From NCBI GenBank assembly GCA_963752975.1, contig CAVWAG010000003.1, positions 206,793-270,792 on the forward strand: a stretch of DNA of 64,000 bases. Direction: 5' to 3'. A model generated the notes under the pieces. The model did no database searches and was not told the DNA's origin. It saw only the letters and a program-made list of their open reading frames with translations. Positions 23,916-36,231 of this stretch are shown here, in pieces. The first letter of the stretch is position 1. Each line of letters starts with the position of its first letter. Both the position numbers and the translations under genes were made by a program. The stretch comes from an uncultured Chloroflexia bacterium (lineage in GTDB: Bacteria > Chloroflexota > Dehalococcoidia > GIF9 > UBA5629).

Positions 23916-25163
23916 ATGGCAAGAAAAGGTAAAGAAAAGGTAGTACTGGCCTATAGCGGCGGACTTGATACTTCGGTCGCCATCAAGTGGCTGGCCGATA
24001 ACTATAAGATGGACGTTATCACGCTTTGCGTCAATATCGGCGGTGTCAAAGATGTGGAAGGCATCAGGCAGAAGGCTTTGAAGCTGGGTGCGCTTAAATC
24101 CTTCGCTATTGATGCCCGCGACGAATTCATCGATGACTATGTTTTCAAGGCCATCAAGGCCGACGCTCTTTACGAGGGGCAATATCCGCTGGCGACGGCG
24201 CTGGGGCGGCCACTGATGGCCAAATTGCTGGTTGACCTGGCGCACATGGAGGGCGCCTCGGCGGTAGCGCATGGTTCGACGGGCAAAGGCAACGACCAGG
24301 TGAGGTTCGACGTCAGTGTGCTGGCCCTCGGTCCCGAGCTTAAAATCATCGCGCCGGCCCGTGAATGGGGCATGACCCGCGATGAGACCCTTGAATATGC
24401 CCACAAGTACAAGATACCGGTGCCGGTCAAGGCATCGAGGCCGTATTCCATCGATGAAAATCCCTGGGGCAGGAGCATCGAATGCGGCATCCTCGAGGAT
24501 CCCTGGAAGGAGCCGCCGGAGGATATATATGAATGGACCAAGTCGCCTTCCGATGCCCCGGACAAACCGGAGTACGTGGAGATAGGCTTTGAAGCAGGCG
24601 TACCGGTCAGCCTGAATGGCAAGGCAATGGAAGGGCTGGCCCTGATTGAGAAGTTGAACGTGATGGCCGGACGCAATGGTATAGGCAGGATCGACCACCT
24701 GGAAAGCCGTCTGGTGGGCATTAAATCCCGGGAGAATTACGAGGCGCCCGCCGCAACTGTGATACTCAAGTCACACCTGGCCCTGGAAGCAATGACCATG
24801 GCACGGCACCAGTTAAGGTTCAAGGAGAGGGTTGCTCAGGAATACTCGGACATCATCTATAACGGGCTGTGGTTTTCGGCCCACCGGGAGGACCTCGACG
24901 GGTATATCGACAGCTCACAGCGGTACGTTACCGGCACAGTCAGGGTGAAAATGCACAAGGGCAACTGCGTTATCGTGGGGCGCAAATCGCCTCATTCCCT
25001 GTACAACTTCCATCTGGCTACATATGACCGGGGAGACCTCTTCGACCAGAGCGATTCGGCTGGTTTTATCCGCATCTGGGCCCTGCCGTTGAAGATCCAG
25101 GCCCAGGCGCAACTGATAACTTTTAAGCCGGCCAAAGGCGGCAAGAGAAGCCGGAGTAAATAA
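23916..25163 (+). CDS. argG: Argininosuccinate synthase
   Basis: LAYSGGLDTS, HGSTGKGNDQVRF, SIDEN, GIKSRE. Confidence 0.97.
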   Translation: MARKGKEKVVLAYSGGLDTSVAIKWLADNYKMDVITLCVNIGGVKDVEGIRQKALKLGALKSFAIDARDEFIDDYVFKAIKADALYEGQYPLATALGRPLMAKLLVDLAHMEGASAVAHGSTGKGNDQVRFDVSVLALGPELKIIAPAREWGMTRDETLEYAHKYKIPVPVKASRPYSIDENPWGRSIECGILEDPWKEPPEDIYEWTKSPSDAPDKPEYVEIGFEAGVPVSLNGKAMEGLALIEKLNVMAGRNGIGRIDHLESRLVGIKSRENYEAPAATVILKSHLALEAMTMARHQLRFKERVAQEYSDIIYNGLWFSAHREDLDGYIDSSQRYVTGTVRVKMHKGNCVIVGRKSPHSLYNFHLATYDRGDLFDQSDSAGFIRIWALPLKIQAQAQLITFKPAKGGKRSRSK

Positions 25164-25185
25164 TTATGCCGCAGGGTGAATCAGG

Positions 25186-26571
25186 ATGGGAGTAAAAAAA
25201 GAGGCAAGGTTAAGGGGCAGGTTCAAAGAAGATATAGACGCCGCCGTCCAGCGTTTCGTGGCTTCGGTACCCTTCGACTGGCGGCTGTACAGGCATGACA
25301 TCGAGGGCAGCGCCGTGCATGCCGAGATGCTGGCCAAGCAGAAAATCATCTCCCGCAAGGAGTTTGAAAAGATCAAAGCCGGCCTGCAGGATATCCTTGC
25401 GGAGATAGGCAGCGGAAAGTTCAAGTTCAAGCTGGAACTCGAGGATGTCCACATGAATATCGAGAGCCGGCTTTTTGAGCTGATCGGCGACACCGCGGGC
25501 AAACTGCATACGGCCAGGTCCCGCAATGACCAGGTAGCTCTGGATATGAGATTATTTGCCAGGGAGGCTGCAGGGAGGGTCATTCAGGCTTTGCAGGCGT
25601 TGAACACCCGGCTGGTGGAGATGGCGGCCAAGAACATTAAAGTGGTGATGCCCGGCTATACCCATATGCAGCAGGCGCAGCCGGTGCTCTTCTCCCATTA
25701 CTTATTGGCCTATTTCGAGATGTTCAGCAGGGATATAGCGAGGTTTGAAAGCTGCCGCGAGAGGATCAACGTACTGCCGCTGGGAAGTGGTGCGCTGGCG
25801 GGCCTGCCATATCCGGTGGACCGGGAGTTCGTGGCGAAAAGGCTGGGGTTCGGCTCTGTCAGCGCCAACAGCATGGACGCCGTCTCCGACCGCGATTTCG
25901 TACTGGAGTTTGAATCCTCCGCCGCCATCGCCATGATGCATTTATCCAGGATGGCGGAAGACGTCATCATCTGGTCAACCATGGAGTTCGCTTTCGTGGA
26001 GGTCGGCGATGCCTATGCCACCAGCAGCAGCATCATGCCCCAGAAGAAAAACCCGGATACGGCTGAGCTTGTCAGGGGCAAGACCGGCCGGGTGTACGGC
26101 CACCTGCTGGGCATGCTGACTGTCATGAAAGGTTTGCCTCAGGCGTATAACCGCGACCTGCAGGAGGATAAAGAAGGGTTCTTCGATACCTTTGACACGC
26201 TTGTTTACTGCATAGAGATAATGGCCGGGCTGATGGCGTCGCTTAAGATTAACGCGGCGCGCATGAAGTATTCGATGCTGAGCTATATCCTGGCGACCGA
26301 CGTGGCCGATTACCTGGTGAATAAAGGGTTGTCGTTCCGTGAGGCGCACGCGGTGGTCAGCCGGTTGGTTTCCTATGCCATCGATAACAATAAAGAGTTA
26401 AATGAACTGGAGATAAAAGAATACAAAGAGTTCTCCGAGCGTTTCGAAAGTGATGTGCGCAATATAACGCTGCAAAAATCTGTTGAAGCAAGGACTTCGC
26501 AGGGTGGGACTGCCACTGCCGAAGTGAAGAAGAGCATTGAAAAGGCAAAGGAAATCACCGGGGGCTATTAA
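25186..26571 (+). CDS. argH: Argininosuccinate lyase
   Basis: EDVHMNIE, LHTARSRNDQ, MPGYTH, SSIMPQKKNPD, YNRDLQEDK. Confidence 0.97.
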   Translation: MGVKKEARLRGRFKEDIDAAVQRFVASVPFDWRLYRHDIEGSAVHAEMLAKQKIISRKEFEKIKAGLQDILAEIGSGKFKFKLELEDVHMNIESRLFELIGDTAGKLHTARSRNDQVALDMRLFAREAAGRVIQALQALNTRLVEMAAKNIKVVMPGYTHMQQAQPVLFSHYLLAYFEMFSRDIARFESCRERINVLPLGSGALAGLPYPVDREFVAKRLGFGSVSANSMDAVSDRDFVLEFESSAAIAMMHLSRMAEDVIIWSTMEFAFVEVGDAYATSSSIMPQKKNPDTAELVRGKTGRVYGHLLGMLTVMKGLPQAYNRDLQEDKEGFFDTFDTLVYCIEIMAGLMASLKINAARMKYSMLSYILATDVADYLVNKGLSFREAHAVVSRLVSYAIDNNKELNELEIKEYKEFSERFESDVRNITLQKSVEARTSQGGTATAEVKKSIEKAKEITGGY

Positions 26572-27234
26572 ACCGGATAGTATTAAGATCGCCCCCTCGA
26601 TCTTAGCCGCGGATTTTAGTTGTCTCGGCCGGCAGGTCAGGGAGGCAGTCAAAGCGGGCGCCGATTACATTCACGTGGATGTGATGGACGGCCATTTCGT
26701 GCCCAATATATCCATTGGTCTTCCTGTAGTTGTTTCACTGCGTAAAATCACCGGCATCCCTCTTGATGTTCACCTGATGATTGAAAAGCCGGAGCTTTAC
26801 ATCGATGACTTTGCCAGGGCCGGCGCCGACATCATTACCGTACATGTCGAGGCCTGCAAGCATCTCGACGCGACTGTGAATTCCATTAAGAAACTCGGGG
26901 TGAAAGCCGGTGTTTCCCTTAATCCGGCAACCCCCCTGTCTGCCATAGACGAGATACTGCCGCTGGTTGACCTGGTGCTGGTGATGACCGTCAATCCCGG
27001 TTTTGGCGGCCAGGCCTTTATTGCCGGCATGGTGGATAAAATAGCAAGGCTAAGGCAAATTCTTTATAACAGAAAATCCAGGGCCGAACTCGAGGTAGAC
27101 GGAGGGATAACCCCGTAACAGCCCCGCTTGCGGCGAAGGCAGGAGCCGATGTGCTGGTTGCCGGCTCTGCAATTTTCAATTCCGGCCAGGGTATCAGCGC
27201 GGCATTGAAAGCATTGAAGGATTCGCTATGCTAA
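26537..27234 (+). CDS. rpe: Ribulose-phosphate 3-epimerase (start uncertain; frameshift near 27115)
   Basis: IAPSILAADF, HVDVMDGHFVPN, DVHLM, MTVNPGFGGQ, EVDGG; AGADVLVAGSAIF continues in a shifted frame to TAA 27232-27234. Confidence 0.92.
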
Positions 27235-27420
27235 CGGGGAGCTCTTATTCCGGGTGCGGATGCACCTGGTGCAAAGGTTCAGGCGGACGGCGGTGCCGTT
27301 GATAGTGAACGTAGTGGGCTGAATGTTCGGAAGCCAGGTGCGCCTGGTGTGCTGCTTGGAGTGGCTGATCCGGTTGCCGAACCGCAGCGATTTTCCGCAT
27401 ATATCACATTTGATAGCCAA
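27226..27420 (-). CDS. rpmB: 50S ribosomal protein L28
   Basis: TTG start at 27420: MAIKCDICGK...GNRISHS...TRRTWLPNIQ...LCTRCIRT. Confidence 0.93.
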   Translation of the reverse strand: MAIKCDICGKSLRFGNRISHSKQHTRRTWLPNIQPTTFTINGTAVRLNLCTRCIRTRNKSSPLA

Positions 27421-27507
27421 TTTAAAACCCCTTCGATAGATACTTTTCTTATTATGAGCAAGAATGATATATAATACCATGCCCGTTAAAAAGTTGAAAG
27501 GAGCACG

Positions 27508-29144
27508 ATGACACAAGCACGTTCCTGGAATGGTACAGACTTGAGGGATATGTTCGCCGCCGGCAGCAACTGGCTTGAGAAAAGCGTTGCCGAGGTGAAT
27601 GCCATCAACGTTTTCCCGGTGCCGGATGGTGACACCGGTACCAACATGCTGATGACCATGAGGTCTGTGATCGAGGAAGCGGACAGGTCGCCCGACACAA
27701 CGGTGGCTGTGATGGCCAAGACCATGGCGCACGGTGCGTTGCTGGGCGCACGGGGGAATTCGGGAGTAATCCTTTCGCAGATATTCCGCGGCCTGGCCAA
27801 AGGGTTTGACGGGAAGAATGATTTTAACGGGGCAGACTGGGCTAAAGCCATGGGACAGGCGGCCAAAACCGCGCGTGAAGGCATGTCGAACCCGGTCGAA
27901 GGTACCATATTGACGGTGATTAAAGACGCGGCAACCGTAGCCCAGAAGTGCGCTGATAAAAATCCGCAGGATTTAGTCGCCATAATCGAAGAGGCGGTCA
28001 AGGAGGCCAAGGAGTCGGTGGCCAGGACGCCGGATTTATTGCCTGTCTTGATGGAGGCGGGTGTGGTAGATGCCGGTGGGGAAGGCCTCCACATATTATT
28101 AGAAGGCGCGTTGAGATATCCTTAAAGGTGAACTGGAAGACCTTCAATTGAAAAGACATCAGATGGTCAGCGCGAATATATCCTCCGCCAAAAGTATCCA
28201 CCTGGTTTCCTCCGATGAGGAAGAAGCCTACGGTTATTGCACCAACTTCCTTCTCGAGGGCGATAACCTGGATCCCGAGAAGATTAAACGTAAACTTGAG
28301 GGCAGGGGGCTATCATTAGTTGTGGCTGGTGATGAAACAGCGGTGCGCGTGCATATCCATTCCTATGATCCGGGCAGCATACTCGCTTATGCCACATCGC
28401 TGGGTAGCCTTCACCAGATACAAATCCAGAATATGGATGACCAGCATGCTGGGTTCAAGGAAATGCGCAGGCAAAAAGACCTGCCTACGGATATAGCTGT
28501 GATAGCCGTGGCTTTTGGTGAAGGTATGATCAAGGTTTACGAAAGCCTGGGAGCCGTAGTGGTTAAAGGTGGTCAAACCATGAATCCCAGCGTCAAAGAG
28601 ATACTGGCATGCTGTGGAGGCAGTGGATTCACAGCGGGTGCTTTTGCTGCCCAATAACAAGAACATTATCCTGACTGCTTCGCAGATCAAGGAGCTTACC
28701 AAGAAAGAGGTAGAGGTGATCCCCAGCAGGACGCTGCCGCAGGGCATCACCGCGCTATTAAATTTTAATTTTGAAAATACTATGGCTGAAAATGTCCAAT
28801 CCATGAGCGAGGCTGTTAAATCCGTGAAAACCGTGGAGGTAACCACAGCCGCGCGCTCTACCCAGATTCACGGGTTGAAGATCAAGCAGGGTCAGGCCAT
28901 CGGCATAATCGACGATGCAGACCTGGTCGCTGCCGGTGATGATATTTCCACCGTGCTGCTGGAGAGCCTGGTTGCAGGCGACATAGATGCTGTTGAACTG
29001 GTTACTATCTATTACGGCGCGGATTTAAAAGCCGAGCAGGCCGAGGCGGTGGTGAAAGGGTTGAGGGACAGGTATCCCGGCAAACAGTTCGAGTTAGTCA
29101 GCGGGGGGCAGCCTCATTATTTTTACATAGTATCGCTGGAATAA
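27508..29144 (+). CDS. fakA: DAK2-domain fatty acid kinase catalytic subunit (frameshifts near 28120 and 28610)
   Basis: NVFPVPDGDTGTNM, GARGNSGVILSQ, GVVDAGG, YGYCT, GGQTMNPS, LPNNKNI, GGQPHY; followed by degV genes. Confidence 0.88.
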
Positions 29145-29164
29145 AAGAAGGGGAGGTAATCACT

Positions 29165-30001
29165 ATGGTAAAAATCGTTACCGACAGCACGTGCGATATC
29201 CCGGAAGACCTTATCAAGAAATTCGGCATTACCACGGTCCCTATCATAATCGTTTTCGGTACAGAGACCTATAGGGAGAGGATTGATATAACCCCCGAGC
29301 AATTTTATAAAAGGCTGGTCGAATCCAAGGTGCATCCTACCACCGCTATGCAGACCCCGGCGGCATTTGCCGAGGTATTCACCAGGTTGGCAAAAGAAAC
29401 CGACGAGATACTGGCCGTCATTTTCTCCAGCAAAATCAGTGCAACTTACGATAGTGCGGTTCAGGCCAAGGCCATGGTCGGCGATATCGCCAAAATAGAA
29501 GTGGTTGATTCCCTGCAGTCGGTCGGTGGATTGGGATTGCCGGTAATCAAAGCAGCCGAGGCGGCGGCAGGTGGGGCTAAACTCGCTGAACTGGCTGAGG
29601 CAACCAAGGACTGGTGCTCAAGGTCGCATACTTACATGATATTTGACACACTGGAATACCTGCGCAAGGGTGGCAGGGTCGGACGGGCGCAGGCCTTGCT
29701 GGGCGGGCTGCTGAAGATGACGCCGATATTGACGTTAAAGGAAGGCGTGGTCACCCCGGTGCAGCGCACCCGGAGCAGGACCCAGGCTATCGATGCGCTG
29801 GTCAACCTGGTAAAAGGCGCCAACAAGATAGAGGCCCTGATGCTTGAGGACGCCACTACACCGGATGAACTGGAGATAGTGGCCAGCAGGTGCGCTGAAA
29901 TATTTCCCAGGGATAAAACCTACCGCAGCACGGTAAGCCCGGTTATCGGCGTCCACGTAGGACCCCACGTGCTGTGCGCCAATTTTATCGAAGGTAAATA
30001 A
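29165..30001 (+). CDS. DegV family fatty-acid-binding protein
   Basis: KIVTDSTCD, SKISAT, LRKGGR, SPVIGVHVGP. Confidence 0.92.
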   Translation: MVKIVTDSTCDIPEDLIKKFGITTVPIIIVFGTETYRERIDITPEQFYKRLVESKVHPTTAMQTPAAFAEVFTRLAKETDEILAVIFSSKISATYDSAVQAKAMVGDIAKIEVVDSLQSVGGLGLPVIKAAEAAAGGAKLAELAEATKDWCSRSHTYMIFDTLEYLRKGGRVGRAQALLGGLLKMTPILTLKEGVVTPVQRTRSRTQAIDALVNLVKGANKIEALMLEDATTPDELEIVASRCAEIFPRDKTYRSTVSPVIGVHVGPHVLCANFIEGK

Positions 30002-30986
30002 TGTCTGTTAAGATAGTCACGGACAGCAGCAGTGATATCCCCCCGCAATAGCGCGTGAACTGGATATCACCGTTGTGCCGTTGTCTGTGCGTTTCGGGGC
30101 GCAAACATACAGGGATGGCATAGACATTATGCCGGAGGAATTCTACCGGCGCCTGGTGGAGGAACCCGTTCATCCCGGCACCGCGGCTACGTCGCCCGGT
30201 GATTTTGCCGGGGTCTATGATAAGCTTGCCGCTGATGCCGGTGGAATTATCTCCATCCATCTTTCCCAGAAGGTGAGCGCAACCTACAATGCGGCGGTAC
30301 AGGGGAGCAGCTTGATGGAGAATAAGTCCTGCGCTGTCGAGATCATAGATTCCAGGTTTGTTACCATTGCCCTGGGACTTATTACCATTGCCGCAGCCCG
30401 GGCTGCCCAAGCGGGTAAGGAAATGCAGGAGATCATCGCGCAGGTTAACGCGCTGATTCCCTGCATGCGTGTTTACGGCATCCTTGATACGCTGAAATAT
30501 GTAATGAAAGGCGGTCGCCTGGGCAAAGCCGGTCCCATCATCAGCTCCATCCTTCCCGTCAAACCGGTACTGACCATGAAGGATGGGACGGTTGCCCCCA
30601 TCGGCGCCGCCCGGACCAGGATAAAAGCGATTGAGCGACTCTGCGGACTCATCGCTTCCGTACCCATGGTGCAGGAGCTTGGTATAGCGCACAGCACCGG
30701 TGAAGAGGAATTGAATTGCTTTGTTGAGAAAATTAAATCTATTCTGCCTGGAATTAACCCCGTTATATCAAAGCTGGGGCCGGCGCTTGGCGTTCATGGC
30801 GGACCCGGCTCTATCCTGGTAGGTATTCAGCAGGATATCCAAGCCGCTGCTGCGGCAATCGAATCGCGGGAACGTAGAATTCCCCTCTCCCTGCCCTCAC
30901 TGCAGTCCATTAAAGATGGCTTGCTGAGACGTGGCAAAGAGGAGGCCGGCCGGCCTTTTGTCCTGCGATGCGATGGCATAATGTAG
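30001..30986 (+). CDS. Second DegV family protein (frameshift near 30045)
   Basis: MSVKIVTDSSSDIP from 30001, then SIHLS, KGGRLG, PALGVHGGPG; extra C-terminal tail. Confidence 0.88.
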
Positions 30987-33456
30987 ATGTCTGGCCCTGC
31001 AAGAGTGGATACATCCTTAATCCGTAAAATACTGGAGCACGAGGCGCAGGGCGGGTTTAATGACCGGGCGGTAATAGGTGGACTGGATAAATTCATGCAG
31101 GGCTGGGTTCACATCAACCAGTCGGTGCTGGCAACCTCCCCCCAATATCCCGCGCTGAAGTCCTTTGTCCTGGATAAACGTGGCTATGCGCAGAGAAGCC
31201 CTGCCGAGCGTGAAGAATGGATCAGGAAGCTTCTGGACTGGCTGGATAAGCTGGAACATCCGGCCTCCCCACCCGGCAAGACGGGTCAACCCGTACCGGT
31301 GGAAGCGCCTGCTGTAACGGTCAAGCGCAGGCAATCCCCCGTTGGCAAGGTTGACCTGGATTCACCGGTGGATAATATCAGCGGTGTTGGAGAGAAGGTA
31401 GCCCAAAAGCTGGGTAAGCTGGGCCTGCGCACCGTGCGTGACCTGATCTACTTCTTCCCCCGCCGGTTCATGGATTTCAGCCAGCGGAGGACTGTTTCCT
31501 CGCTTGAAGCGGGCAAAGAACAGACCGTATTTGCCAATGTCTGGGAGGCGCGGAAGGTTATGCTCGGCCGCCTGAAAAGCAGCGAGGCGGTGGTGGGTGA
31601 CGAAACAGGCAACGCGCGGGCGGTCTGGTTCAACCAGCCCTGGGTGGCCGCGCAACTGAAGACCAATGCCTATATCTCCTTGAGTGGACGTATTAAAGAG
31701 TTCAACTATGTGAAGACATTTGAGAATCCCGAATGGGAGCTGATTGAGGACAGGGAACTGGTGCACACCGGGAGGCTGGTACCTGTTTACCAGCTTACGC
31801 AGGGTTTATTCCCGAGGCAGGTCCGGAACTGGGTTAAGAGTGCCCTGGACGGTTACGTGGACCGTGTAACTGATTTTGTGCCTGCGGAGATACGTGAGCG
31901 CTGCCATCTGGCGGGACTGCAGCGGGCTATCCTGCAGGCCCATTACCCTGATGATTACGCAGCCCAAAATACTGCCAGGCAGAGGCTGGCGTTTGACGAA
32001 CTGCTATTGTTGCAGCTCGGCGTGCTGGGCAGGAAGCGGGAATGGCAGGAGGAACAGCCCGGGCAAAGCTTCAGCATCGATGAAGGCCAGGTAAGGCGCT
32101 TCGTTGATTCACTGCCTTTCACTTTGACCGCCGCCCAGGGGAAGGTTACGGAGGAGATTTGCAGTGACCTGCGCAGGGACGTGCCGATGTCTCGCCTGCT
32201 GCAGGGCGACGTCGGCAGCGGCAAGACCGTGGTGGCTGCCATAGCGTTAATGACAGCGGTAGAAAATGGTTACCAGGGAGCGTTGATGGCGCCCACCGAG
32301 ATACTGGCCGAACAGCATTTCGCCACCCTGTCCAAATTGCTTTCTTCGGCCTGCGGTGAGGCTGGCAGACAATCCAATATATATACCTTCGAGCAGGAAG
32401 GCGGGCGCGGACTGAAGGTAGCCCTGCTTACCGGCAGCCTGACCGCCAGGGACAAGGCCGCCACACAAGAATTGGTCAAGAGCGGCGGAGATAGATTTAG
32501 TGGTCGGGACTCATGCGCTGGTGCAAAAGGGTGTGAGATTCGCCCGGCTGGGCATAGCGGTGATCGACGAGCAGCACCGTTTCGGAGTTTTGCAGCGTAC
32601 GGCGCTCAGGCAGAAAGGCTTCAACCCCCATTTGCTGGTTATGACTGCCACCCCGATACCCCGCACGCTGGCGCTGACCCTCTACGGCGACCTGGATATA
32701 TCGACCATCGATGAAATGCCGGCCGGCCGGCTGGCCATCAAAACAAAGTGGATTAGCGCGGACGACCGCCAGAGGGCTTATAATTTTATCCGCAAACAGG
32801 TTGCCGGCGGCCGCCAGGCCTTTGTGATCTGTCCACTCATTGAGGAATCGGAGACCCTCGAGGTAAAGGCTGCGGTTGCCGAGTATCAGCGTTTATCCAG
32901 CGATGTTTTCCCCACCCTCCGGCTGGGTTTGCTGCATGGCAAAATGAAAGGGGCTGAGAAGGACGACGTGATGCACGCTTTCAAGGATGGCAAGCTTGAT
33001 ATATTAGTTTCCACCTCGGTGGTTGAAGTAGGCATAGATGTTCCCAATGCCACGGTGATGCTGGTCGAAGCTGCCGACCGTTTTGGCCTGGCACAGCTTC
33101 ACCAGTTCCGTGGAAGGGTGGGCAGGGGCGAACATCAGAGCTACTGCATGCTCCTGTCGGAGAACCCGTCCGAGTACGGCCAGGAACGCCTCAAGGCCAT
33201 TGAGGAGATAAACGACGGGTTTGCGCTGGCCGAGAAAGACCTCGAACTGCGCGGGCCGGGGGAATTTTTCGGTACGCGGCAGAGCGGGTTGCCCGACCTC
33301 AAAATGGCGAAATTATCCGATACCCGCCTGCTCGAAACTGCCCGGCGGGAGGCCAAAGCGATTTTTCATAAGGACCCCGGTTTAAAAGACCCGGAACATA
33401 AATTTTTAGCCATGGAATTCCGTAAAATCTGGCATAAAGACATCGAAAACAATTAA
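30987..33456 (+). CDS. recG: ATP-dependent DNA helicase RecG (frameshift near 32490)
   Basis: RLLQGDVGSGKT, MAPTEILAEQH, DEQHRFG, MTATPIPRTL, QLHQFRGRVGRG, RGPGEFFGTRQSG. Confidence 0.96.
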
Positions 33457-33524
33457 AATAGTACTTTCTTTTTCGAAAATGAATTATTTTAGATAAGACA
33501 TCGTCTTAATGTACGGGGGAAAGC

Positions 33525-35183
33525 ATGACATTCAAAAAACAATTGGCTGAAGCGCTGGAGCAGGCTGTTGCCCGCGTTCCTGAACTGGGACAGGCCGGCA
33601 GCGACACTATTTTGGAGATCACCATCGAAAAACCTGCCAGGCCCGAGCATGGGGACTACTCGAGCAGCCTTCCACTGAAGCTGGCACGGCTGACCGGTAA
33701 GAAGCCCATGGATGTAGCACAGGCCATCGTAAAAAATATGCCGACCCTGGCCGATATTGAGAAGGTCTCTATAGCCGCCCCGGGCTTCATCAATTTCACC
33801 CTCAGCACAAAATGGCTGACAGGCAGGTGGACCTTATCTGCCGGGCGGGTGAAGATACGGCAATACTTCCCCCGGGGATAAAACCATCCAGCTCGAGTTT
33901 GTCAGCGGCAATCCGACCGGCCCGCTGCATGTGGGTCACGGCCGTGGGGCCGTTTTGGGCAGCACGCTGGCGCTCGTTTTGAAGCGCGGCCGGCTACAGG
34001 GTATCTACGGAATACTATATCAATGACGCCGGCAGTCAGCTTGAAGCGTTTCACCGGTCGCTGTTTGCGCGCTATCAGCAGGCGCTCGGCCAGGAGGCGG
34101 AGGTACCGGCCAACGGGTACCACGGCAATTACATGGTTGACCTGGCTAAAGAGATAATCGGGGACTCCGGCGACAAATACCTTAAAATGCCGGCGGAGCA
34201 GGCAGTGGCTGAGATCGGCAGTGTAGGCATTGAGAAAGAGATGGCGCAGATCAAGGCCGACCTCACGTCCCTGGGTGTTAATTTCGACGTCTGGTTCAGC
34301 GAGCAGTCGCTTTTCCAGAGCGGCCAGTTCGACCGGACGATGAAAATGTTGAGGGACGGCGGGTATATCACTGAACGCGAGAACGCGACCTGGTTTATCT
34401 CCTCCACCCTGGGCGACGACCGGGACAACGTGCTGATCCGCAGCGACGGTACCCCGACTTACTTTGCCTCGGATATTGCCTATCACTACAACAAGTTCGT
34501 GGACCGCAAGTTCGACAATGTCATCGATATCTGGGGCGCCGATCACCAGGGGCACGTGCAGCGCATGAAGGTGGTGATGAGTGCGCTGGGCATCAATCCG
34601 GATAGGCTCGAGATAATGATCTGCCAGCTTGTCACCCTCAGGCGCGGCAAGGACGATAGTCAAGGTTTCCAAGCGCAGCGGGGATATCGTTACTCTGCGC
34701 GAGTTACTCGACGAGGTTGGCCCGGATGCCTGCCGCTTCGTCTTCCTGTCGCGTTCAGCCGACAGCCAGATGGACTTTGATCTGGAATTGGCCATCAAGC
34801 AGTCGGCCGATAACCCGGTTTACTACGTGCAGTACGCACACGCACGCATAAGCAGCATATTGCGTAATGCTGAGCAGAAAAATATTGATTTCAGCCGGGT
34901 GAACGGGTTTGTTGAAAGAGGAAGCGGAGCTTGACCCTGATACGCAAGATGGTGAGGATATCGGAGATCATCGAAGTGGTCGCCTCCACGCGTGAACCCC
35001 ACCACCTGCCGTTTTACGCGCAGGACCTGGCCACAGTATTCCACTCCTTTTACAAGCAGTGCCGTGTCATCTCGGAGGATGAAGCCGTTACTAAAGCGCG
35101 ATTGAGGCTGGTACAGGCCGCCCGCATGGTGCTGGCTGAAAACATTGCATTTAATGGGCATGACCGCGCCCGACAAGATGTAA
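33525..35183 (+). CDS. argS: Arginine--tRNA ligase (multiple frameshifts)
   Basis: [71 protein letters not shown] stop 35183. Confidence 0.93.
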
Positions 35184-35246
35184 ACGTCCTGTCCGCCGCG
35201 TGGGTTTGTAGCTGTAAACCCATTTGTGATACACTTCTTTCTTGTT

Positions 35247-36231
35247 ATGAGACAGAGAGTATTTTCAGGCGCGCGCCCGACCGGGCGGCAGCATATCGGC
35301 AACTACATCGGCGCAATCCAGAACTATGTCAAACTGCAGGAAAAATACGACTGCATATATTGCATCGTGGATATACATGCCCTCACCACACTTGAGAGCA
35401 CCTCCGAGCTGCAGCAGAATATCTTCGAGATGACGCTCGACTGGCTGGCGGCCGGCATCGACCCGAAGAAATCCATCGTCTTCGTCCAGTCGCATGTACC
35501 CGAGGTGATGGAGCTTTTCACCTTGCTGGGCATGCTGACGCCGCTGGGCTGGCTGCTGCGCGTGCCGACTTTCAAGGAGAAGGCCAGGATGCAGCCGCAG
35601 AATGTCAACTACGGGCTGGTGGGCTACCCGGTGCTGATGGCCGCGGACATCATGCTGTATAAATCCGATGCCGTTCCCGTCGGGGAGGACCAGTTGCCGC
35701 ACCTGGAGATGACACGCGAGATTGTGCGCAGGTTCAACTTCATCTTCGGCGACACCTTCCCCGAACCCAAGGCCAAGACTGACCAATTATCCCATGGTGC
35801 TGGGCTTGAACGGCGTGCAGAAGATGGGCAAGTCGTACAACAACCACATCGAGCTGGCGGCGACGCCGAAGGAGACGCTGGAAAGGGTGAAGACAGCCGT
35901 GACCGACCCTGCCCGGCAGCGCCGCAACGACCCGGGCCATCCCGGAAGTTTGCAACGTCTTCAGCCTGCACCACTTTTTCAATGAGGACGAGGACAAAGG
36001 AGATCGATGCGCAGTGCCGGGTGGCTGGCATAGGCTGCGTTGACTGTAAAAAACTGCTGGCCGACGGAATAAATAACGCCTTCACGAATTCAGGGAGAGA
36101 AGGGCTGCTCTGGAGAAAGATCCGGCGCATATATATGCCATCCTTGATGATGGCGCAGGAGGGCGGGCGTGATTGCAAAGCAGACCATTGCCGAAGTGAA
36201 GCTCAAAATGGGCCTGACGCGCCATGCCTGA
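35247..36231 (+). CDS. trpS: Tryptophan--tRNA ligase (multiple frameshifts)
   Basis: SGARPTG.HIGNY, FVQSHV, YPVLMAADI, VPVGEDQ, KMGKS, GCVDCKK. Confidence 0.94.

Noticed and set aside
33470-33512. ARG box or T-box upstream of argS
   Set aside because: Only a half-site (AATGAAT) is present, and the gap is too short for a T-box.
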